A DNA stretch of 32,000 nt, from positions 1,440,001 to 1,472,000 of the forward strand of contig NC_007969.1 in assembly GCF_000013905.1 (NCBI RefSeq), written 5' to 3'. Position 1 is the stretch's first letter, and each line of letters opens with the position of its first letter. The notes under the pieces are model-generated. The model was not told the origin of the DNA. It saw nothing but the letters and a program-made list of their open reading frames with translations, and did no database searches. The DNA comes from Psychrobacter cryohalolentis K5. GTDB lineage: Bacteria; Pseudomonadota; Gammaproteobacteria; Pseudomonadales; Moraxellaceae. The position numbers and the translations under genes are program-made. Below are positions 26,270-32,000 of the stretch, one piece after another.

Positions 26270-26326
26270 ATAAAAAATCGTCTGTAGATAAAACGCCAAT
26301 AATTAGCGCTTCATCTCCAGACGATT
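26270..26326 (-). terminator. terminator-like hairpin after ytoQ
   Basis: Minus strand: 9-bp stem AATCGTCTG / CAGACGATT (26318..26326 with 26276..26284) with a long ~33-nt loop, followed by TTTTTT. It starts 12 nt after the ytoQ stop. The long loop lowers confidence. Confidence 0.5.
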
Positions 26327-26337
26327 ACTCTTATCCT

Positions 26338-26781
26338 TTAGCTATTACTGACAATATATTTGAGCAATTCAACAATCTGCTCAGGCGTTTGGGCCCATGC
26401 CATTGCCGCGGCATCCACTTCTTTTAGCGGATGAATAATATCCTCAGCATGCAATGTGATATACGGTTTGCCCAACGCGGCGCAATAACCGGCATCGAAT
26501 GCGGCGTTCCACTGCTTATATTTATCACCAAAACGAATAATAGCAATGTCACACTTTTGGATCATATTTTTGGTGCGAATCGCATTAACTTTGGATGATT
26601 TATGGTCGCGCCAGAATCCATTGTCATCTTTACCGAGTACATCACCTGCCGCATCGCTGGCTTCATGCTCAGTCACTGCTGATATAAAGGTAATGTCTAA
26701 ACCCTGTTCTTTTGCGCCTTGCATAATTTTCTGTCGCCAGTCAGTGTGTATTTCTCCGGATAAGTAAACAGTCCAATTCAT
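26338..26781 (-). CDS. ytoQ: YtoQ family protein (nucleoside 2-deoxyribosyltransferase-like fold)
   Basis: From ATG 26781: MNWTVYLSGEIHTDWRQKI...FGDKYKQWNAAFDAGY...HPLKE. It is colinear with B. subtilis YtoQ as I remember it, at the same ~148 aa length. AAGGG RBS 8 nt upstream of 26781. The track start at 26847 adds 22 unsupported residues. Confidence 0.85.
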   Translation of the reverse strand: MNWTVYLSGEIHTDWRQKIMQGAKEQGLDITFISAVTEHEASDAAGDVLGKDDNGFWRDHKSSKVNAIRTKNMIQKCDIAIIRFGDKYKQWNAAFDAGYCAALGKPYITLHAEDIIHPLKEVDAAAMAWAQTPEQIVELLKYIVSNS

Positions 26782-26867
26782 CGTAAATCCCTTTTTATTG
26801 TTAAATGATATGACTACCTGTACTACTAATAATGCCCATAGTGGCAAGAAAATTAACTGATTAAATG

Positions 26868-27749
26868 TTAGTCTTTTAAAAGTTTTGCTAGCAGAGCACT
26901 GAGTAACTGATACTCTTTTTGGTCGAGTTGAATACGTGAACCGAGTCTAGATAAGCGTGATGGCAGCGATTTTAAGTTTTCACTATCTGCCAGTTTGCGT
27001 TGAACCATTAATGCGGTGGTACGCTCAGTAAGCAGTTGCAATTGCTGTTGAGTAATCGCTGGCTCATCCCATTGCTGGCGCACATAGGTATTAAGCATCC
27101 CTTGTTCAAGCGTCTCTAGGTTGTCAGTTACCTGTGCTATATCATTAACTTCGCTGTCAGCTTGGATATGAGTTTGTGCATAAGCATAAATAAAGCTCGC
27201 GATCACTTGCACGGCTGAAGCAACATTGAGCACTGGATAAGCAGGGTTGGCATCAATTTGAACATGATAGTCAGCATAAGCCAATTCTTCATTGGTCAAG
27301 CCGCGATCTTCACGCCCAAACAGGATAGCAATATTGGGCGCTGTATTTATACCATCTTGCCCATTAACTGTGCTTTGCTTATCAATAAAGTCCAACATGA
27401 TTTTGGCAGCTTGTGTCGGCGTGACCACAGGACGCGGCAAATGACGGCTACGACTACTGGCCGCAAATACCAATTGGCAATCAGCGATAGCAGACTCAAG
27501 CGTTGGTGCGATGATTGCTGATGATAGCAAATCACTGCCACCAGCAGCATGTGAGACGCTAGTGTCATCAATCGGTAATTTTGGATCAACCACCGTCAAT
27601 CTCGATAACCCCATGGTGTGCATGGCGCGTGCTGCTGAACCAATATTGGCAGGCAATGTCGTATTGACCATCACTACTTGAACACAAGACAAATAATTGC
27701 TGACGTTTGATACTGCTGTTGCTAAAGATGAGGGTGCATTGTTACTCAT
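26868..27749 (-). CDS. trmJ: tRNA (cytidine/uridine-2'-O-)-methyltransferase TrmJ (SPOUT)
   Basis: 293-aa ORF with VVMVNTTLPANIGSAARAMHTMGL, FGREDRGLTNEEL and NPAYPVLNVASAVQVI, colinear with E. coli TrmJ. The ATG shares one base with the upstream Hpt stop (TAATG). Confidence 0.9.
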   Translation of the reverse strand: MSNNAPSSLATAVSNVSNYLSCVQVVMVNTTLPANIGSAARAMHTMGLSRLTVVDPKLPIDDTSVSHAAGGSDLLSSAIIAPTLESAIADCQLVFAASSRSRHLPRPVVTPTQAAKIMLDFIDKQSTVNGQDGINTAPNIAILFGREDRGLTNEELAYADYHVQIDANPAYPVLNVASAVQVIASFIYAYAQTHIQADSEVNDIAQVTDNLETLEQGMLNTYVRQQWDEPAITQQQLQLLTERTTALMVQRKLADSENLKSLPSRLSRLGSRIQLDQKEYQLLSALLAKLLKD

Positions 27750-28135
27750 TATTGTCCTAGTCGCTGGTTGATGTCTTGCTCAGCACGTTGCAATGCAACT
27801 GCGATGTCCTCGATAAGAGGGGCTTGTTCACTGATAAGACGCTCACGGCAAAGCTCTTGCAATTGACTGCCAAGACGCGTCATTTGGGTTGCGCCCAAAT
27901 TGACACTGGCTCCTTTTAGTGCATGAGCAAGCTCAAAGCCATTGGCATTATCTTCTTCTTGCTGAGCTTGTCTTAGTTTTGTGATACGGTGACGACAATC
28001 AGTAAAATAGACTTGTATCAAATCGACAAAGTCTTCTTCTAATAAGTCGCGCATATCTTCAAACTGCTCAGTATTGATAATCTCGTCATCAGTTATGGCG
28101 GTCATATCCTTGTTCGTAATAGTAGCCATAGTCAT
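27749..28135 (-). CDS. stand-alone Hpt (histidine phosphotransfer) domain protein
   Basis: 128-aa ORF with the Hpt signature ELAHALKGASVNLGA (phospho-accepting His in H.LKG) inside a predicted four-helix region. A second ATG at 28129 is an alternative start. Confidence 0.8.
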   Translation of the reverse strand: MTMATITNKDMTAITDDEIINTEQFEDMRDLLEEDFVDLIQVYFTDCRHRITKLRQAQQEEDNANGFELAHALKGASVNLGATQMTRLGSQLQELCRERLISEQAPLIEDIAVALQRAEQDINQRLGQ

Positions 28136-28221
28136 GTTCCAATAGGATTAAAGTTAGCGCAGAAAGAATTATTATAATAAATATTTTCCTACTAATGAAT
28201 ATGCTAACGATAATACATTCG

Positions 28222-31200
28222 TTAGCTGTAGTGAAAATGTAAGTTATCTTCTCTAATCATGCTTTTTAGCTGCTGTAAATTATCATCATTTGGATAGATG
28301 CGCCAATGCTCAGACAGTCCTACATTAGCAATGCCATATTCTTCATAAATACTGAGTCCAAGGGGTAGACAATTATCATTGATAGAGACGTCGGTGTTGC
28401 TCAAAGCGTTGTTGGCGTAGCTTTTGTTACTTAGGCTTGGGTCAGTGTCATTTGAATAAGCATCTTGTGCCATATTGTTCTCTAATGCCAACAAATCATT
28501 ACCATTTTCATCATATAGACTGCCACCCATTGAGGCATTATAACCGACAAAACTATTGTTATTAGTATTGTCGCTTTGCTCGTCTTGCTCATCGTTATGA
28601 GATGTTTTTGGTGCTGGAATCATGCTGACTTGTGCCGATTTCAGTAAAGGCTGCATGCGTGTCAGCAGGTCGATATCACTACCATGAATTTTAATACTGA
28701 TTTTTTTGAGCCATCTTAGGCGAGCATCGACCATACTCATGGCATTATCAAGACGAGCAAATAAACGCCCATCACGCTCACGGATGCTGCCTTTAATGAT
28801 GACGACTTCATCTATTTTTAACTGTTCTTTGACACGGTTAAAGCGCTCAGCATAACAGCTGACCTCTAACCTTGATGTCCCATCGTCTAAGGTAATAACG
28901 TTACGAGTACCAAAGTTGGCGATATCAATGATAAGACCGGCAAAATAGCAGCTGCCGTTATAGCCCGTATCAGTCAATTTATCGAGACGAGCACCTGAGG
29001 TATAGCGTTTGAGCTCGTCTCGATATTCATCGATAGGATGTCCGGTCAAATAAAGCCCTAGAGTATTTTTCTCTGCTTTTAGGCGGTGTTTATCACCCCA
29101 AATTAGCTCTGGCGTCATAACGAGTGGCGGGGCAGCGACGACACCATCCATTTCACCAAACAAATCCATCATACCGATTTCACGGTTTTGACGGTCTTGC
29201 TCAGCCGCCTGTACCGCACTTGGCAGCTGACTCATTAATGCACCGCGAATCTCGTAGGCTTCATCGGCTGGCAAGTCTGGACGTAAAGTCGCCGCAAAGT
29301 CATCAAAACAGCCAGCACTGACCAAGGCTTCAAGCGTGCGTTTATTGACCTTTTTAATATCAACGCGACGGCAAAAATCATATAGATCTTTAAAAGGTCC
29401 TTCACGTCTTCGTGCATCGACAATAGACTCGACCGCGCCTTCACCGACCCCTTTAATCGCACCCAAGCCATAAATAATATTGGTTGGGGTATCAGCAACA
29501 AAATGCCACTCACTACGATTAACCGATGGGTTGACTACCGTTAAATCAAAGTTTTCACGGCAATCATTGATAAAGAACACCACGTTATCGGTGTTGTTCA
29601 TATCTGATGTGAGTACAGCTGCCATAAACTCAGCAGGGTAGTACTGCTTTAGATACGCGGTCTGATAAGCAAGTACGCCATATGCGGCAGAATGCGAGCG
29701 GTTAAAACCGTAACCGGCGAACTTTTCCATCAAGTCAAAGACGCCGCCTGATGTCGCTTCATCAATGCCTTGCGCAGTGGCGCCAGTAACAAAAATATCG
29801 CGCTGTTTTGCCATCTCTTCAGGTTTCTTTTTACCCATAGCTCGGCGAAGCATATCCGCTCCGCCCAAGCTATAGCCTGCCATTACCTGCGAGATTTGCA
29901 TAACCTGTTCTTGATAAACGATAACGCCATTGGTGTTTTCTAAAATCGGTTCAAGATTAGGATGGTCATAAATCACTTCTTCGCGACCATGCTTACGATC
30001 GATATACATCTCTACCATACCCGCATCTAGCGGACCGGGACGATAGAGCGCACACATGGCGATAACGTCTTCAATGTTGGTTGGCTGCAATTTTGCCAGA
30101 TACTTTTTCATGCCCATACTTTCGAGCTGAAAGACGGCAGTGGTTTTGGCATCTTGTAGTAACTTATAGGCTTTAGCATCATCTAACGGTAGGTCTTCTA
30201 ACACCAACGCATCTTTGCCTTCTTTAGCACGGCGCAGGTTAATATTTCTGACAGCAGCATCAATCACGGTCAAGTTACGTAGACCCAAAAAGTCGAACTT
30301 TACCAGCCCAACGGCTTCAACGTCATCTTTATCAAACTGACTGACGCGGTGACCTTCATCATCACAATAAATGGCGCTAAAATCCGTGATTCTGTGCGGT
30401 GCAATCAATACGCCGCCGGCATGTTTACCCACGTTCCGGCAAATGCCTTCAAGCTTGATAGCCATCTCCCATACTTCGATGGCATCTTCATAATCCATAT
30501 TATCAGGATTGGAAATTAAGTCTTTGAGTTGTGGCTCTTGCTCAAGCGCTTGACTGAGTGTGATCCCCGGTGTTTTGGGAATAAGTTTAGACATTTTGCT
30601 GGCAAGGAAGTAAGATTTACTTTGCGCGCGTGCGACATCTCGTACGACTGCTTTTGCTGCCATGGTACCAAAAGTGATAATCTGTGAAACCGCTTCACGA
30701 CCATAGGTTTGCGCCACATAATCAATAACGCGGTCGCGACCTTCGATACAAAAGTCAATATCGAAATCGGGCATGGACACACGCTCAGGGTTTAAAAAGC
30801 GCTCAAATAGTAGATCGTAATGAATAGGGTCAAGGTCGGTAATATTGAGCGCATAAGCGACTAGTGAGCCAGCACCAGAACCACGACCGGGTCCAACGGG
30901 TACGCCATTGGCTTTTGCCCAACGAATAAAGTCCATCACGATCAGGAAGTAACCGGGGAATCCCATTGATAAGATAACCTTGAGCTCATACTCTAAGCGG
31001 TCATCGTATCTTTGGCGTATATCACTCCAATTATCACTGCGCGCGTCAACTGGAAAGAGCTTGTCTAAACGATTGTCAAGCCCACGCTGCGATTCTAAGC
31101 GAAAGAAAGATTCAGTGGTTTCGCCCTCAGGTACTGGAAACTCTGGTAGTACGTTAATACCTAGCGTTAAGCTCACATTACAGCGCGTTGCTAAGCGCAA

Positions 31201-31965
31201 GGTATTATCAATCACCTGCGGAATATCAGCAAATAGTTGTTCCATCTGCGCTTGGGTTTTCAGGTACTGGGCATCGGAATAAGTTTGCGGACGATTTTGG
31301 TCAGCAAGGACATAAGAGCCAGCAATACAAACCCGCGCTTCATGAGCATCAAAATCATCTTGTTCTAAAAATCGCACGTCATTGTGGGCAATGATAGGAA
31401 TATGATGCTTAGCACCTGAATGAATAGCAGCTTTAATAAAGGCATCTTCGCCAGTACGATTGGTGCGTTTAATCGCAAAATATAAGCGATCAGCAAACTG
31501 CGCTTGCCATTCTGTCAGTAGCTCATCGGCTTTTTCTGGCATTGAGCCAATCAATGCTTGCCCAACGTCTGACTTTTCAGTGAATAAGACAATGACACCT
31601 GCCGCATGCGCTAAAATATGGCTGCGTTTAATAACAGGAGTACCGTGATTAACAGGATCAGCACGTCCTTCGGTAAAGCCAAGCGATACGATACGAGTGA
31701 TGTTTTGATAGCCTTCGTTGTTCATCGCCAATAAAGTTAAGCGCGTGTCTTCATTCTCCATGATGACTTCGCTGCCGATAATGGGCTTGATACCTGCACC
31801 TAAGCAGGCACGATAGAATTTCACCGTTGCATACAGGTTGGATAGATCCGTCAAGGCAAGGGCGCTTTGATTGTCTGCCGCCGCCGCTTTAACCAACGGC
31901 TTAATACGCACGATAGAATCGGTAATGGAATATTCGCTGTGGATGCCAAGGTGTACAAATGCCAT
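28222..31965 (-). CDS. dnaE: DNA polymerase III subunit alpha
   Basis: 1247-aa ORF. PHP domain start FVHLGIHSEYSITDS, polymerase core motifs GRGSGAGSLVAYAL.ITD.DP and PDFDIDF, an HhH region and an OB fold. The C-terminus carries an N/D/S-rich insertion. AAGAG RBS. Confidence 0.95.
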   Translation of the reverse strand: MAFVHLGIHSEYSITDSIVRIKPLVKAAAADNQSALALTDLSNLYATVKFYRACLGAGIKPIIGSEVIMENEDTRLTLLAMNNEGYQNITRIVSLGFTEGRADPVNHGTPVIKRSHILAHAAGVIVLFTEKSDVGQALIGSMPEKADELLTEWQAQFADRLYFAIKRTNRTGEDAFIKAAIHSGAKHHIPIIAHNDVRFLEQDDFDAHEARVCIAGSYVLADQNRPQTYSDAQYLKTQAQMEQLFADIPQVIDNTLRLATRCNVSLTLGINVLPEFPVPEGETTESFFRLESQRGLDNRLDKLFPVDARSDNWSDIRQRYDDRLEYELKVILSMGFPGYFLIVMDFIRWAKANGVPVGPGRGSGAGSLVAYALNITDLDPIHYDLLFERFLNPERVSMPDFDIDFCIEGRDRVIDYVAQTYGREAVSQIITFGTMAAKAVVRDVARAQSKSYFLASKMSKLIPKTPGITLSQALEQEPQLKDLISNPDNMDYEDAIEVWEMAIKLEGICRNVGKHAGGVLIAPHRITDFSAIYCDDEGHRVSQFDKDDVEAVGLVKFDFLGLRNLTVIDAAVRNINLRRAKEGKDALVLEDLPLDDAKAYKLLQDAKTTAVFQLESMGMKKYLAKLQPTNIEDVIAMCALYRPGPLDAGMVEMYIDRKHGREEVIYDHPNLEPILENTNGVIVYQEQVMQISQVMAGYSLGGADMLRRAMGKKKPEEMAKQRDIFVTGATAQGIDEATSGGVFDLMEKFAGYGFNRSHSAAYGVLAYQTAYLKQYYPAEFMAAVLTSDMNNTDNVVFFINDCRENFDLTVVNPSVNRSEWHFVADTPTNIIYGLGAIKGVGEGAVESIVDARRREGPFKDLYDFCRRVDIKKVNKRTLEALVSAGCFDDFAATLRPDLPADEAYEIRGALMSQLPSAVQAAEQDRQNREIGMMDLFGEMDGVVAAPPLVMTPELIWGDKHRLKAEKNTLGLYLTGHPIDEYRDELKRYTSGARLDKLTDTGYNGSCYFAGLIIDIANFGTRNVITLDDGTSRLEVSCYAERFNRVKEQLKIDEVVIIKGSIRERDGRLFARLDNAMSMVDARLRWLKKISIKIHGSDIDLLTRMQPLLKSAQVSMIPAPKTSHNDEQDEQSDNTNNNSFVGYNASMGGSLYDENGNDLLALENNMAQDAYSNDTDPSLSNKSYANNALSNTDVSINDNCLPLGLSIYEEYGIANVGLSEHWRIYPNDDNLQQLKSMIREDNLHFHYS

Positions 31966-32000
31966 AGAAGACTCTTACGGATGCAAACAAAAGGAAATGG

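Noticed and set aside
26782-26847. 22-residue N-terminal extension of YtoQ (MPLWALLVVQVVISFNNKKGFT).
   Set aside because: A good AAGGG RBS precedes the ATG at 26781, and the protein from that ATG matches full-length YtoQ (~148 aa). The extension is probably not translated.
28203-28226. 8-bp hairpin GCTAACGA/TCGTTAGC overlapping the dnaE stop codon, considered as the dnaE terminator.
   Set aside because: No T-tract follows it on the minus strand, so it is not a convincing intrinsic terminator. It may still stabilise the mRNA 3' end or pause transcription ahead of the hpt promoter.
29124-31648. Multiple 62-100-aa ORFs on both strands within dnaE.
   Set aside because: They are nested in the 1247-aa DnaE ORF and have no independent support.
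1-32000. Searched the whole window for CRISPR repeats, IS or transposase genes, integrases, phage genes, tRNA/rRNA genes, toxin-antitoxin pairs and known defence-system domains.
   Set aside because: None seen. There are no regularly spaced direct repeats and no terminal inverted repeats flanking a gene. Every sizeable ORF has a housekeeping or transport assignment. Composition looks uniform by eye, with no obvious island boundary.

Overview
The window looks like ordinary chromosomal core from a moderately AT-rich gammaproteobacterium. The gene content fits Moraxellaceae, plausibly Psychrobacter: a fused tyrA-aroA, a rubredoxin gene next to an esterase-like hydrolase gene, and N/D/S-rich inserts in housekeeping proteins. 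This taxonomic call is inference only. I support 25 protein-coding genes.

Left to right:
- two tandem, very similar fadD acyl-CoA ligase paralogues (the first truncated by the window edge)
- a YbgC-type thioesterase, xthA, argJ and a DUF4377-like lipoprotein
- sdaA, a RutG-like NCS2 permease and an EamA transporter
- a secreted WG-repeat protein
- an alpha/beta hydrolase preceded by a 54-aa rubredoxin gene that is absent from the supplied ORF track
- apt, a small exported protein and tal
- the aromatic amino-acid cluster pheA-hisC-tyrA/aroA
- rarD, overlapping folB-folK and cysE
- an apparent hpt-trmJ-ytoQ operon
- dnaE

Most gene ends carry clear Rho-independent terminator hairpins. I see no rRNA, tRNA, CRISPR array, transposase, integrase, phage gene or recognisable defence gene, and I cannot honestly nominate a convincing novel multi-gene system.

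The items most worth a second look:
1. An orphan Hpt phosphotransfer protein translationally coupled (TAATG) to trmJ and followed by ytoQ.
2. The rubredoxin-hydrolase pair, which has no reductase gene.
3. Two perfect 18-bp palindromes in intergenic DNA (965..982 and 15116..15133).
4. A roughly 230-nt structured untranslated tail after apt.
5. TTACGAA direct repeats between tal and pheA.
6. A divergent folK.
7. Low-complexity insertions in DnaE and CysE.

All similarity statements are by-eye or from-memory comparisons, not database searches.
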